From an uncultured Lentisphaeraceae bacterium (lineage in GTDB: Bacteria > Verrucomicrobiota > Kiritimatiellia > RFP12 > UBA1067): 64,000 nt of DNA. This document shows positions 20,104 through 30,900 of the stretch, piece by piece (within the stretch, counting starts at the first letter, position 1; each line of letters opens with the position of its first letter). The stretch spans positions 21,660 to 85,659 of the forward strand of contig CAZMNN010000004.1 of NCBI GenBank assembly GCA_964567665.1. The letters are read 5' to 3'. Position numbers and translations under genes: made by a program. The notes beneath the pieces are model-generated. The model saw only the letters and a program-made list of their open reading frames with translations. It searched no databases and was not told the DNA's origin.

Positions 20104-22476
20104 CTACAGCATCTTTTCGATGTCTCCAAGCTCCAATCCGCCGATGGGCGATGTGATGCCGCAGAAATATTTGCGCACTATCTCCGGACCAAGCCCAACC
20201 GCCTCGAATATGTGTGCGGAACGGTAGGAGCGCAGGGTTGAGATGCCCATCTTAGACATGATTTTCATAAGTCCCTTGCACACTGCGCACACGTAGTTTG
20301 CGGAGGCCTTTACGGCATCTGCCCCGCCGATCGAGGAGACTGTCGCAAGTGCGAGGTAGGGATTTATCGCAGTTGCGCCAAATCCAAGCAGCACCGCGAA
20401 ATGATGCACCTCCAACACTTCTCCGGTTTCGGCAATTATGCCGGTGGAAGGGCGTACGCCAGCTTCCGTGAGAGCCTTGTTCACGGCGGCGACCGCCAGC
20501 ACGGACGGAATCCTTTTTGGTGCAGGTCGAGGCGAGTGTGCGGAATCGATGGCCGTTTCGTCATCGATGCATGGCCTGTCGGAAAGTATGACAATCTTCG
20601 TTCCTGATTTAGCTGCCTCGACGGCTGATGCCGCAAGCGTGTCAAGCGCAGGTTGCAGGCTTCCGGTGAAATCCATTGTCAATGTAACCGACGGGAAGTC
20701 CCTGATGTTGCGGAGGCGTTCAAGTTCGTCATCTGTCAGCACGGGGCGCGTGAGCTTCACGAGCCTTGCATGTTGCGGTGTCTCCTCAAGAATGTTCCCG
20801 ACGTTTCCGATGTAAGTCATTATCGACATCACAAGCTCTTCGCGGATCGGATCGATAGGAGGGTTTGTGACCTGCGCAAAGAGCTGATGGAAATAATCGA
20901 AGAGAGTGCGTTGCCTTTTCGATAGACACGCAAGGGCGGCATCGTTGCCCATGGCGCCGACAGGTTCGTGTCCGCTTTCCGCCATCGTCCTGATAATCAG
21001 CTCTACGTCCTCCTCCGTATAGCCAAATCTATGCTGTTCCTCTGCGAGTTCATCCGGAATCCTGGACGGAACAATCTCGTTGAACAGCCCTGTGACCGGT
21101 ATGTGGTTTTCCTTTATCCAGCGGCGGTATGGTTTGCGGCGGGCGTAGTGCGTCTTGAGTTCTGCATCCTCCATCAGCCTGTGTGCATCAAGGTCGAGCC
21201 AAAGGAGCGAGCCAGGCTTCAGTCGCCCATGGCGAACAACGTCTTCCGGTGCGATATCGAGTACGCCGGTTTCAGACGCAAGCACGAACGTGCCGTCTTT
21301 GGCGAGTGTCCAACGGGCCGGTCTGAGTCCGTTTCGGTCGAGTGCAGCGCCAAGTCCCTTGCCGTCTGTGAATGCCACTGCGGCAGGCCCGTCCCACGGT
21401 TCCATAAGCGACGAGTGGTATTCATAGAATGCCCGCACGTCGTGCCCCATGTGATACTTTGCGCCCCATGCCTGCGGAATGAGCATCATCATTGCGTGTG
21501 GCGCATCGCGTCCGGCGGCGACGAGCAGTTCAAACATGTTATCGAGTGAAGCCGAATCGCTTTGCCCCGGATGCACAATCGGCAGAAGCTTTGAGATGTC
21601 GTTTCCGAACAGATCTGACCGGAGGGAGGATTCACGCGCTGCAAGTGCGCTCAGGTTGCCTTTGAGGGCGTTTATCTCGCCGTTGTGCGCCGTGGCTCGG
21701 AACGGGTGTGCGAGCTCCCACGATGGGAACGTGTTTGTCGAATACCGCTGATGCACAATCGCGAACGGCGAAGTGAACTCCGGATCGGAGAGATCGGGAT
21801 AGAATCTTTCAATCTGTGTCGCGAGAAGCAGTCCCTTGTACACGATTGTGCGCGATGAGCAGGAGCAGACGTACGTCGCCTTAACCGTCTTTTCGATCTG
21901 CTTCCTGATAACATATAGCTTGCGCTCGAACGTACCGTCGTCGGTGGCGGCGGCGGAATCCATGCGGATGAACACCTGCCTGATGCGCGGCATTACGCTG
22001 CGGGCGTCGCGTCCTATCGCGGACGGATCGGTCGGCACGTCCCGCCACCCTGCGATTTCTGCATCTTCCGCCTTGATCGCCGTCTCGATTGCGTCCTCTT
22101 CGCCTTCGCCGCCGAATATCACGGCGATGCCGAATGGTTCCCCCGGACGGTTGTTGAGTGCCGGCATCATTTTCCTGAAAAATGCATCGGGTATCCTGAG
22201 CAGAAGGCCGGCGCCGTCTCCTGTCTCCGGGTCGTTGCCGGTCGCTCCGCGATGCATGAGACGTTTGAGAACCGTCATTCCGCTTTCGACGATTCTGTGG
22301 CTTGCCCGGTTGTTGAGGTCGGCGACAAGCCCTACGCCACAGGCGTCATGTTCATATGCGTTTCTGTACAGTCCATGGCAATCCTCCTCTCCGCCAAAGC
22401 CGAGTGTGCGCCCGACGGCGTGGAGGTGGTGTATGATTTCACTGTCCTGACTGCATGTGTCGTTTGAACGTTCCAT
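20104..22476 (-). CDS. gltB: glutamate synthase large-subunit-like protein: class-II amidotransferase plus central domain only, truncated before the FMN domain
   Basis: Propeptide then CGVGLVA (class-II glutamine amidotransferase N-terminal Cys) and central-domain motifs through ...KIMSKMGISTLRSYRSAHIFEAVGL. The ORF stops at about 790 aa, 5 bp from the convergent folP. Start chosen at MERSND (22476), which has an AAGGAA RBS and an upstream sigma-54 motif; the longest ORF begins at 22656. Confidence 0.8.
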   Translation of the reverse strand: MERSNDTCSQDSEIIHHLHAVGRTLGFGGEEDCHGLYRNAYEHDACGVGLVADLNNRASHRIVESGMTVLKRLMHRGATGNDPETGDGAGLLLRIPDAFFRKMMPALNNRPGEPFGIAVIFGGEGEEDAIETAIKAEDAEIAGWRDVPTDPSAIGRDARSVMPRIRQVFIRMDSAAATDDGTFERKLYVIRKQIEKTVKATYVCSCSSRTIVYKGLLLATQIERFYPDLSDPEFTSPFAIVHQRYSTNTFPSWELAHPFRATAHNGEINALKGNLSALAARESSLRSDLFGNDISKLLPIVHPGQSDSASLDNMFELLVAAGRDAPHAMMMLIPQAWGAKYHMGHDVRAFYEYHSSLMEPWDGPAAVAFTDGKGLGAALDRNGLRPARWTLAKDGTFVLASETGVLDIAPEDVVRHGRLKPGSLLWLDLDAHRLMEDAELKTHYARRKPYRRWIKENHIPVTGLFNEIVPSRIPDELAEEQHRFGYTEEDVELIIRTMAESGHEPVGAMGNDAALACLSKRQRTLFDYFHQLFAQVTNPPIDPIREELVMSIMTYIGNVGNILEETPQHARLVKLTRPVLTDDELERLRNIRDFPSVTLTMDFTGSLQPALDTLAASAVEAAKSGTKIVILSDRPCIDDETAIDSAHSPRPAPKRIPSVLAVAAVNKALTEAGVRPSTGIIAETGEVLEVHHFAVLLGFGATAINPYLALATVSSIGGADAVKASANYVCAVCKGLMKIMSKMGISTLRSYRSAHIFEAVGLGPEIVRKYFCGITSPIGGLELGDIEKML

Positions 22477-22500
22477 ATCGTTTCCTTCTTGAAACTGAGA

Positions 22501-22516
22501 AGCACAAAGTGTGCCA
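22501..22516 (-). promoter_or_regulatory. sigma-54 (-24/-12) promoter for gltB
   Basis: Minus-strand TGGCACACTTTGTGCT with GG and GC at canonical spacing. The predicted TSS is about 14 nt upstream of the gltB ATG. Confidence 0.55.
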
Positions 22517-22669
22517 AGGCTGCCGATTGGCGGTTCTCTCATCCGGATGGACATGGCCTGTGAATCAGTCTGTCCTGCGTCGAATTCTGCGCAAGGATGC
22601 GGTAAGATGAATATGTCGCCACATTTTTGCACGACATTGCTTTCTCGTCCCCACAATCTTGGTCAGATA

Positions 22670-22678
22670 TGGTATAAT
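22670..22678 (+). promoter_or_regulatory. extended -10 promoter TGGTATAAT for the tRNA cluster
   Basis: TGGTATAAT ends 17 nt before tRNA-Arg. Confidence 0.55.
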
Positions 22679-22695
22679 GCGCACTCATTGATTGA

Positions 22696-22772
22696 GCCCC
22701 TGTAGCTCATCTGGACAGAGCAACTGCCTTCTAAGCAGTGGGTAGGAGGTTCGAGTCCTCTCAGGGGCGCCA
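22696..22772 (+). tRNA. tRNA-Arg (anticodon UCU), CCA encoded
   Basis: Hand-folded cloverleaf: acceptor GCCCCTG/CAGGGGC, anticodon loop CTTCTAA, T-arm GGAGG-TTCGAGT-CCTCT. Confidence 0.9.
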
Positions 22773-22779
22773 ATAGTGT

Positions 22780-22856
22780 GGACCCGTAGCTCAGTCGGTC
22801 AGAGCAGGTGACTCATAATCTCCGGGTCGTGGGTTCAAGTCCCGCCGGGTCCACCA
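22780..22856 (+). tRNA. tRNA with CAU anticodon, most similar to tRNA-Ile2 (lysidine type); elongator tRNA-Met not excluded
   Basis: Cloverleaf with anticodon loop CTCATAA and G1-C72, so not an initiator. C4:G69 and C5:G68 are present, and the sequence closely resembles E. coli ileX, including GAGCAGGYGACTCATAATC. CCA encoded. Confidence 0.85.
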
Positions 22857-22987
22857 GATATTTCCACCATCTCCGGTCTGCAATCCAGTTTTTTGCGCCG
22901 TTCCGTTCGTTTCTTCGGCATCGTGTTCAACGGAAATCACCGATACGAAAAAAGTGAAAAAGGGTGGTTGTATGGCGGTGCCGGTTT

Positions 22988-22996
22988 TGATATACT
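22988..22996 (+). promoter_or_regulatory. extended -10-like promoter TGATATACT for tRNA-His
   Basis: Ends 14 nt before the G-1 of tRNA-His. Confidence 0.4.
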
Positions 22997-23010
22997 ACGT
23001 TCGTTTTTTT

Positions 23011-23087
23011 AACCCCAGTTGGCGAGAGTAGCTCAATCGGTAGAGCATCAGATTGTGGATCTGAGGGTTGCGGGATCGTGCCCCGTC
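23011..23087 (+). tRNA. tRNA-His (anticodon GUG) with encoded G-1 and C73, CCA encoded
   Basis: Anticodon loop TTGTGGA, an extra 5' G pairing with discriminator C, acceptor GCGAGAG/CTCTTGC. The T-loop reads ATCGTGC, which is unusual (A54/T58). Confidence 0.85.
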
Positions 23088-23307
23088 TCTTGCCCCAGTT
23101 TCGCTGGTTTGTATCCTATGTCTGCCGTTCGGTCGATGTCATTCGGTTTCGGCGAAGGAGTTTGTGTTCTGTCCGGCGGAGTGTTTATGGATGTTTTGCG
23201 CTTTTGATTCTGTCGTCTTCTCCATAGAGTAAAATCATTTGTAAACATGTTGCGATGGTGCTTACATCCGCTGTAAACCATTGCGCTGAAACGGCTCAAT
23301 GCAGTCT

Positions 23308-23323
23308 TGGCACATAAAGTGCT
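23308..23323 (+). promoter_or_regulatory. sigma-54-type -24/-12 element upstream of carA
   Basis: TGGCACATAAAGTGCT is near-identical in architecture to the gltB element. The predicted TSS falls about 2 nt before the carA ATG. Confidence 0.4.
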
Positions 23324-23335
23324 GAAGACCTCTGT

Positions 23336-24493
23336 ATGGACTATCTTGCAAAATGGAAGGCGGAGCGTGAACGCAGGGCGTTTCTCGCTTTGGATGACGG
23401 AACGGTGTTTCATGGCGTTGCGTTCGGCGCAGTTGTGGATCGCTTGGGTGAAGTCGTGTTCAATACCGGAATGTGCGGCTATCAGGAGATACTGACAGAT
23501 CCGTCGTACGCCGGTCAGATTGTCGCCTTGACGACAGCTGAGGTTGGATGCTACGGAATCAACGGCGCGGACACGGAGAGCCGCGCTCTTTTCCTGTCTG
23601 GACTTGTCGTAGGAGACATGACGCCGCCAAGCAACTGGAGAAGTGAGAAGAGCCTTGATGCGTATCTGAAAGAGAATGGCATTCCGGGAATGTACGGCGT
23701 GGACACTCGACGGCTTGCCGTGCACCTGCGCGATCACGGAAATTGCAAGGCATATCTGCATGTGATCAACGATGACATTCAGGAGGCTGCAGCAGTGGCG
23801 AAGACAGCAGGATGGGAAGGGCTTGACGGGCAGGACTACGCATCAAGGGTGTCTTGCGCAAAGCCGTATGCAATTCCGTCGTCAGACTGCACAGGTTCAG
23901 CGAAGCCCCGCATCGTATGCTACGACTTTGGCGTAAAGACGAACATACTGCGTTCGCTTTCGTCGTGGGCGGATGTGACGGTGGTTCCGGCGAAAACGTC
24001 GGCAGAGGAAGTGCTGTCCATGAATCCTGACGGCGTATTCCTTTCCAACGGCCCAGCCGATCCCTCCGCCGTCACGTATGCGGTGGAGAACGTAAGGAAA
24101 CTGCTTGGCATATCGCACCTCGCGTCCCCTGCTGCACCGCATCGCAGAAGTCCGATTCCCGTAATGGGCATATGCCTCGGACATCAGCTCCTCGCGCTTG
24201 CCTGCGGCGCAAGGACGGTGCGTCTGAAGTTCGGGCATCACGGCTGCAACCATCCGGTGAAGAACCTTGCGACGGGAAGGATTGAGATCACAAGCCAGAA
24301 CCACAACTTCGCCGTCGTTCCGGATTCTCTGCCTGAATGCCTGAAGGTGACGCACTTGAACCTCAATGACGGAACGATAGAGGGCGTACGGCACAAGTCT
24401 CTTCCCGCCTTTTCTGTGCAGTACCATCCTGAGGCGTGTCCAGGTCCGCACGATTCGCGGTATCTCTTCGATGAGTTCAGAAACATGATCTGA
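23336..24493 (+). CDS. carA: carbamoyl-phosphate synthase small (glutaminase) subunit
   Basis: [16 protein letters not shown]...[19 protein letters not shown] and the C-terminal GATase motif GICLGHQLL. Confidence 0.95.
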   Translation: MDYLAKWKAERERRAFLALDDGTVFHGVAFGAVVDRLGEVVFNTGMCGYQEILTDPSYAGQIVALTTAEVGCYGINGADTESRALFLSGLVVGDMTPPSNWRSEKSLDAYLKENGIPGMYGVDTRRLAVHLRDHGNCKAYLHVINDDIQEAAAVAKTAGWEGLDGQDYASRVSCAKPYAIPSSDCTGSAKPRIVCYDFGVKTNILRSLSSWADVTVVPAKTSAEEVLSMNPDGVFLSNGPADPSAVTYAVENVRKLLGISHLASPAAPHRRSPIPVMGICLGHQLLALACGARTVRLKFGHHGCNHPVKNLATGRIEITSQNHNFAVVPDSLPECLKVTHLNLNDGTIEGVRHKSLPAFSVQYHPEACPGPHDSRYLFDEFRNMI

Positions 24494-24533
24494 CGGTTCA
24501 TTTGCCTGCATACGCATAGTTTCAGATTTAACG

Positions 24534-24577
24534 GCGCACTTGCTGAGGTGATAGATGCAAGTGCGCGTTTCTTGTTG
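24534..24577 (+). terminator. rho-independent terminator after carA
   Basis: Stem GCGCACTTGC/GCAAGTGCGC with a 13-nt loop, followed by GTTTCTTGTTG. Confidence 0.6.
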
Positions 24578-24603
24578 ACACCTGCTGTGTTGTTTGGTAT
24601 AAC
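24575..24603 (+). promoter_or_regulatory. sigma-70 promoter TTGACA-17-TATAAC (with TGG extension) for the 1103-aa gene
   Basis: Consensus -35, 17-bp spacer, TGGTATAAC, then an AGGAG RBS and ATG at 24643. Confidence 0.65.
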
Positions 24604-24642
24604 TGCATTTATACAAAAAAAAAACCATTAGGAGTTTCGTTT

Positions 24643-27600
24643 ATGATGGCTGAGCGATTGTTTTTGTCTGGTTCTATTTGTATTGTTTGTGTTGCCGTTG
24701 GCCTGTCTGCACTTGATTGTTTGGCGGCGGCTGCGCATTGCGATGAGGCGACCCTGTTCGCCGAGAGCGGCGAAACGGTGAACGTTTCCACAAACATCAT
24801 GACCAGGAAGCTTCAGAAAATTGGCGACGGAACTCTCGTTCTTTCGCTTGCACGGTTGCCGCAGGGCGTTGATGTGGATGTTTCGGTGCGCGACGGTGCG
24901 CTTGGAGTTTCTGCGTTCAATCCATCAGAAGTCGATGTATCGGCGCCGAACGAGGTGCTTGCAAAGGCTGCGCTATGGCTTGATGCTACGATGGACGGCA
25001 AAGTCGCGTATACGACATCGAACGGCGTGGACTGGGTGGATGCCTGGTACGATGTCCGCGAAACCGGCAACTCCGATGTCGGCTACAGCCATCTCCGTGC
25101 GTTGCCGAACTTAGGGCCGACGAACGTGCCGCCACAACTTGTCGTAAAGGACGGCATCAAGTCGGTTTGGTTCGGCGGATATCCGTCCGGAATATCGATG
25201 GACTGGTGCAACTCCGACGGCTCCATAAAGGAAATCACCGACATACGTCATGCGTTCATCATGTATGGTGTGTACGAGAGCCACGGTTTTGTGCTTGGCA
25301 CGAGATCGGTTTCACGCTTCCATATCATGGATACCACGTATGGACGTCCTACCTCCTCGATATGCGAGCCGTTCTGCACCGATTCCGCTGCGGCGTACTG
25401 CGGGCGCGTGTTCGTGAACGGGCGTCTTGTCGAGCCATGCATCACCGGACAGCTGAAGCAGAGCCAGTTCCAGCTTCTCGAATACGACTGCTGCGGAATC
25501 CTCGGCTACGCATCGAACTTCTTCAATGACCGCAACTATTTCAGGAACAATCCAAGCTATTCCCAGAGGGGCGGAAACCGCATCGGCGGCGACTACATCG
25601 CCGAAGCGCTCATCTTCACCAACGAACTCACTGAGATTGAAAGAATGTCCGTTGGAACGTACCTGATGAACAAGCATCTTGGAGGCGTGTGTCCCGTGCC
25701 GAACATCGCAGTCGCCGACGGTGCGAAGGTGAATGTTGACGCCAAGATCCTTGACAGGACGTCCGAGATGTCCGGCGACGGCGAAGTGAAATTTGTCTGC
25801 GATGGCGGCACGGCAACGCTTCCGCCAATGGTCGGATATGGCTTTTCCATTCCGACCGACATCTCCGGCGGCGTGTTCAGATTGAGCAACCAGCATATGC
25901 TGAAGCTGCATGACGGCGACAGCCTTACGGTTGAGCAGGATGGCTACGAAAATCCAGTGGCATCCATTTCGTCTGACGCAGGTCAAGGACGCATATCAAA
26001 GGATGGCAACGGCTCGGCGACTGTCTCGGTGCTTCCTGAGACGGTGACGTCGGTCGTTGTCCGCGCCGGGACGCTGCACCTTGCGGCGGTTGAGAGAAAG
26101 GCGGGTGTTCCGGTCGGAGGAAGCGCAACCTCTGCGGTTTTTGAAAATCCGGATTTTGAGGTTGGCGACATCGACACCAATTCCGAATACCGATCTGAAC
26201 GGAATGTGGGCGGGTGGAATCTTGTCGGCGTGAAAAACGATGTGAATTGCATCATATTCATAAGCGGCGACGGGACAGGCGCCGGTTGGGGTTCATCGGG
26301 AGGCATATATGGCAGCCCCCTGCCCACGCCTGACAGCGGGACGGCGATGATGTTCAAGGGCGACGTATCTGCATGGACGTCCATTTCAGTTCACAGCGAC
26401 GGCATCTATGAACTGAGCTTCAACGCCGCCTCGCGTGGGGCATCCGGCTCTCTTCCCCTTGATGTCTGCATAGGGAAGGACGAAAACTCCCTCGTCAAGG
26501 TTGGAAGCTTCATGCCAACGCAGAAAAGCTACATGAAGTTCACGTTCACCGTTCCGTTCCTTGCCGCAGGTGAATACCAGTTCTGGTTCCGTTCCCGGCT
26601 GCTCGGCGAGGACAAGGCCGCCGCCGTCGACAACATTCGCATGAAACTGCTTTCAGGGCTGCCGTCGAGGTCGATTGTCATTCCGAACGGATCTTTTGAG
26701 AGCCTTGAGGGCGGTTACAATTCCGGCTTCAATGTGTACGAACTGTCGACAAACAACGTTGCCGCAGGATGGACGCTTACGCAGACGAACGGGTGGATGT
26801 ACGGCACCGCTCCATCGGCGGCGTTCACCACACCTTCAGTGTCGTGGGAACACTTTGACTCTTCGCACAACCGCTCCGGTATTGTCCAGCTGATGCTTGA
26901 TGGCTACGGCGCCAGAGCGGAGACTACGTTCACCCCGAACGTTGGCGGCCGCTGCAGATTGCGCGCCGCAGTTGCCAACAGACGGTATTCAAGCTATGAC
27001 AACAAGGGCAAATACCTGAAGGCAAGCCTTGTCGCAGGTTCTGTCACGAACGATTTCGGAACGATCAACGTGCTGCCGTACCACCTGACTGAAACGGAGT
27101 GGCCTGAGACAGTGACGGTGGTGGCCGGTGAAGAGGTCACGCTTCTGCTTGAAAGCCGCGACACCACCGACCGCACGCACACGCTTGTGGACGATCTCGT
27201 GCTTGTTCCGAGCATGGACGCCGATGAACTTGTCACGAACGGTGGATTCGAGCAGGATGGCACATGGAATGTGGAAGAACTCTACCAGAAGCCTGACAGA
27301 ATGAATGGATCGTCTCGCTATACATATACGTATTTCCCCAATGCGTACGGACATTCACGGTGCGAAGGCGAGTGCTGGATGTCAGTGGTGCAGAACGACA
27401 TCGTATCGCAGCGCATTGAATTTCCGTCCGCCGGACTGTACAGGCTGCGTTTCTTCGCACGTTCCCGCGTTGACAATCCGGCAGGCAAGGGGCTGAATCC
27501 GGTCAAGGCGTTCTACGTCGCAGACGGCAGCGCAGAGACGAACTGGATTGCGACGGCGAAGCCGTTCACGACAAACTTTGCGGAGTGCGTTTATGTGTTC

Positions 27601-27954
27601 CGCGTCCCTTCGGCCTGCAAGGCTACGTTCGGGTTCCAGGGATGCTACGCCGCGAATGTGGGCGAGGCCGAGTACGTGGGCGAAGACCACACCACGGTGA
27701 TGGACGCCGTGTCGATACGGCGCATGGTTGGAGAGGGGGATGGTCTGCCCGACATTCCGGAGGGACTTTCCGTGAAGATCGATGCGGGTGCAAAGCTGTC
27801 CCTCGATTTCGACGGAACTCTTAACCTGAATGCACTCTATCTTGGCGGCCATGCCGTGCGTGGCGAGATATCCGCCGAGACCCATCCCGAATTTGTTGAA
27901 GGCCCAGGACGGATGTATGTTAAAATGTATGGCCTCACGATAACCATAAGGTAA
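24643..27954 (+). CDS. large secreted protein with three CBM4/9-like (galactose-binding-like) modules
   Basis: Signal peptide, then three module starts: NPDFEVGD..., IPNGSFESLEGG... and VTNGGFEQDG..., typical of CBM_4_9/DUF642 beta-sandwich domains. Ends ...TITIR. Confidence 0.7.
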   Translation: MMAERLFLSGSICIVCVAVGLSALDCLAAAAHCDEATLFAESGETVNVSTNIMTRKLQKIGDGTLVLSLARLPQGVDVDVSVRDGALGVSAFNPSEVDVSAPNEVLAKAALWLDATMDGKVAYTTSNGVDWVDAWYDVRETGNSDVGYSHLRALPNLGPTNVPPQLVVKDGIKSVWFGGYPSGISMDWCNSDGSIKEITDIRHAFIMYGVYESHGFVLGTRSVSRFHIMDTTYGRPTSSICEPFCTDSAAAYCGRVFVNGRLVEPCITGQLKQSQFQLLEYDCCGILGYASNFFNDRNYFRNNPSYSQRGGNRIGGDYIAEALIFTNELTEIERMSVGTYLMNKHLGGVCPVPNIAVADGAKVNVDAKILDRTSEMSGDGEVKFVCDGGTATLPPMVGYGFSIPTDISGGVFRLSNQHMLKLHDGDSLTVEQDGYENPVASISSDAGQGRISKDGNGSATVSVLPETVTSVVVRAGTLHLAAVERKAGVPVGGSATSAVFENPDFEVGDIDTNSEYRSERNVGGWNLVGVKNDVNCIIFISGDGTGAGWGSSGGIYGSPLPTPDSGTAMMFKGDVSAWTSISVHSDGIYELSFNAASRGASGSLPLDVCIGKDENSLVKVGSFMPTQKSYMKFTFTVPFLAAGEYQFWFRSRLLGEDKAAAVDNIRMKLLSGLPSRSIVIPNGSFESLEGGYNSGFNVYELSTNNVAAGWTLTQTNGWMYGTAPSAAFTTPSVSWEHFDSSHNRSGIVQLMLDGYGARAETTFTPNVGGRCRLRAAVANRRYSSYDNKGKYLKASLVAGSVTNDFGTINVLPYHLTETEWPETVTVVAGEEVTLLLESRDTTDRTHTLVDDLVLVPSMDADELVTNGGFEQDGTWNVEELYQKPDRMNGSSRYTYTYFPNAYGHSRCEGECWMSVVQNDIVSQRIEFPSAGLYRLRFFARSRVDNPAGKGLNPVKAFYVADGSAETNWIATAKPFTTNFAECVYVFRVPSACKATFGFQGCYAANVGEAEYVGEDHTTVMDAVSIRRMVGEGDGLPDIPEGLSVKIDAGAKLSLDFDGTLNLNALYLGGHAVRGEISAETHPEFVEGPGRMYVKMYGLTITIR

Positions 27955-27964
27955 GGATGCACAA

Positions 27965-30900
27965 ATGAAGAAGATTCCCATGACGTTTATCGCGATTGCG
28001 GCGACGTTGGCGATTGCGAACGGCATGATGGCCGCAGACAGCCTTGAGAGGGGATTCCTTGATCCGCCAATGTCGGCGAGGCCGCACACCTGGTGGCACT
28101 GGATGAACGGCAACGTCACGAAGGAGGGCATAACTGCCGATCTTGAGGCGATGGCGCAGATCGGCCTTGGGGGAGCGCAGATATTCGATGCAGGATGCGA
28201 TGTGCCGCCCGGCCCTGTGCGGTTCAACTTGCCGATATGGTTCGACACAATGCGTTTTGCCGTGAGCGAGGCGAAGCGTCTTGGACTTGAGATTGTGCAT
28301 CCGAACTGTTCGGGATGGAGTTCATCGGGCGGACCGTGGATAGCGCCGTCAAACGCGATGAAATCGGTCGTGTTCACAGAGACGGCGGTCAAGGGGCCGT
28401 CGAAGTTCTCCGCAAAGCTCCGTCAGCCGCATTCGCCTCGCGGGTACTACCGCGATTTTCGCGTTGTTGCGTTCCGGATTCCGCCAGCGGAGGTGGCGGA
28501 TCGCGAAATCGTCCCGTGCAAAATCAGCACTCCGCAGACTGATTCGCAGAAGGAGCTGGCCAACCTAACCGACCGCAATCTCGACACATATGTGGAACTG
28601 GAGCGCAAGGAGCATGACAGGCACGTGTTCACGGTCGAATACGTACGCCCGGTGAAGGCTTCATGCGTCGCGTACCAGCTTGACGGCGGAGAGAACTGGG
28701 GCGAAAGGGCTGAGATCGAGGTGCAGATATCGTCTGACGGGAAAAATTGGCGTGACATGGGGCGGCGTCCGGTATGCATCAGCGACGCCGGCGCCCACAC
28801 CCGTGAGCATGGATGGCGGTTCTTCCCGTTCGAGTCGCAGATCGAGGCGAGTTTCCTGCGAGTCCGTCTGCATTTCGCAAAGCGCGACGGCTACTCCAAG
28901 TTCAGGTTGGGAGAACTCGGCTTCGCACGGCGCATGGCGGTGTCCGCGTTGAGGGGCAAGACGTTCGACATACGCATACCGGTTGCGGCGGATGCGGCGC
29001 CGACGACGTCCGACCAGGTTGTGCCTGTCGGCGGTACGATTGATCTTACCGACAGAATGGCGGCAGACGGAACGTTCTCGTGGGACGTGCCGGAGGGCGA
29101 ATGGTGCATAATGCGCATTGGATATTCCGCAAAGGGCGCCAGTGCGGTGTGCGCATCAGATGGCGGACGCGGGCTTGAGTGCGACAAGCTTTCGGCGGCG
29201 GCGCTCGACCATCATTTCGAATCGTATTTCGGACGCCTCTGCAGGGAACTCGGAGACGGACTTGTCGGGCGCGACAAACCGGGTCTAACGGGGACGCTTG
29301 TGGACAGCTACGAGGTTGGAACGCAGAATTGGACGGAGGGCTTTGAGAATCTGTTCCGCAAGATGGCGGGGTATTCGATAGAACCGTATCTGCCGGTCTT
29401 TGCGGGACGTATCGTCGGGAGCGTAGAGGTGACCGAGCGTTTCCTGTGGGACTACAGGACTGTGTTATCAAGGCTCTTCGAGGAGAACTACTCAGGCGCG
29501 CTTGCCCGCAAGTGCCGCCAGTACAACCTTGCGTTTTCGCTGGAGCCGTACGGCAGCTGCACGTCTGACGATTTCCTCTACGGCTCACACGCGGACATTC
29601 CGATGGGTGAGTTCTGGGCGCCTGGCGGGAACGGCGCCGGCGGACGCAGCCGGACTGCGATGCTCGCAGCCTCAATCGCCCACATCTACGGGCGCAAGTA
29701 CATCGGCATGGAGTCGTTCACGTCCGGGCCGCCGTGGCAGGGACGGTGGCGCAAGGATCCGTTCGGGCTGAAGGCCATCGGCGACCGCATCTACGGCTGC
29801 GGCGCGAACAGGCTCATCGTCCACAGGTTCACGCATCAACCTTGGGCGAAGGACAAGTATCTTCCCGGAATGACTATGGGAAGGTGGGGGATGCACTTCG
29901 ACCGCTCCAACACATGGTGGGAGCATGGCGGCAGGGAATGGATATCATACCTCACCCGTACGCAATACATGCTGCAGGAAGGTGTCTTCTGTGCCGACAT
30001 CCTTTTCTGCGGCGCAGAGGAGACGCCCGCCGGGTTCGAGGATGTGGAAAACTCCTTTGACGGTTCGATCAAGGCGGTGGAGAGCAGACACGGATTTGAC
30101 CTTTGTTCGCCGGCGGCGCTTCCCCTGCTGAAGGTGGAGGATGGCATGATCGTGTCGCCGGGAGGCGTACGCTACCGGATGCTTGCCCTGCCGTCGCACG
30201 AAACGATGACGCCCGCCATGCTGCGCGAGGTCGGGAGGCTTGTTGAGGCCGGAGGCACGATTGTGTGCGAACGACCGCCAGTAAGATCTCCGTCGCTTGC
30301 CGGGTATCCGTCCGTCGACGGCAAGGTTGCGGCATCTGCCGCCGCGATATGGGAGAAGGGCGTGATGCGCCAGACGCCGGAAAAGGCTCTGAAGACGCTT
30401 GGCATTGAGCCTGACTTTGATTGCGCAGATGAGTATGCGCTGAAGCAGCTGCTTGTGTATCAGCATCGTCGGCATGGCAGCGCTGACTGGTACTTCGTCG
30501 CTTGCGCGAACCCTGATTCGCCCAAGACAATCGAATGTTCGTTCAGGGTGTCCGACCGCATTCCGGAGATATGGGATGCCGAGAGCCGCACAGTCTCCGA
30601 TGCGAAGACTTGGCGCGTCTCCGGCGGACGCACGTTTGTAAGTCTTCCGTTCTCCAATTCCGGTGCGCTCTTCATCGTGTTCCGCAGACAGCGCGGCGAA
30701 GTGTCCGGTGCCACCGCACCGAAGCCTCCGTCGCATCTTAAGGTGGTAAAGGCGGAGTACGGATCGTTTCCGGGGCAGGTCGCCGACGTCACGCAGACCG
30801 TTGCGGCAATGGTGGCCGGCGACAGGCTGAACGTGTTCGCCGACAACAGGCTCACGGGTGGCTCAGATCCGGCGAAGAACAAACTCAAGGAGCTTCGCGT

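Noticed and set aside
23019-23761. Short ORFs overlapping tRNA-His (23019-23207 on plus, 23048-23761 on minus)
   Set aside because: They overlap a well-formed tRNA-His with G-1/C73 and the carA leader/5' region, with no coding support.
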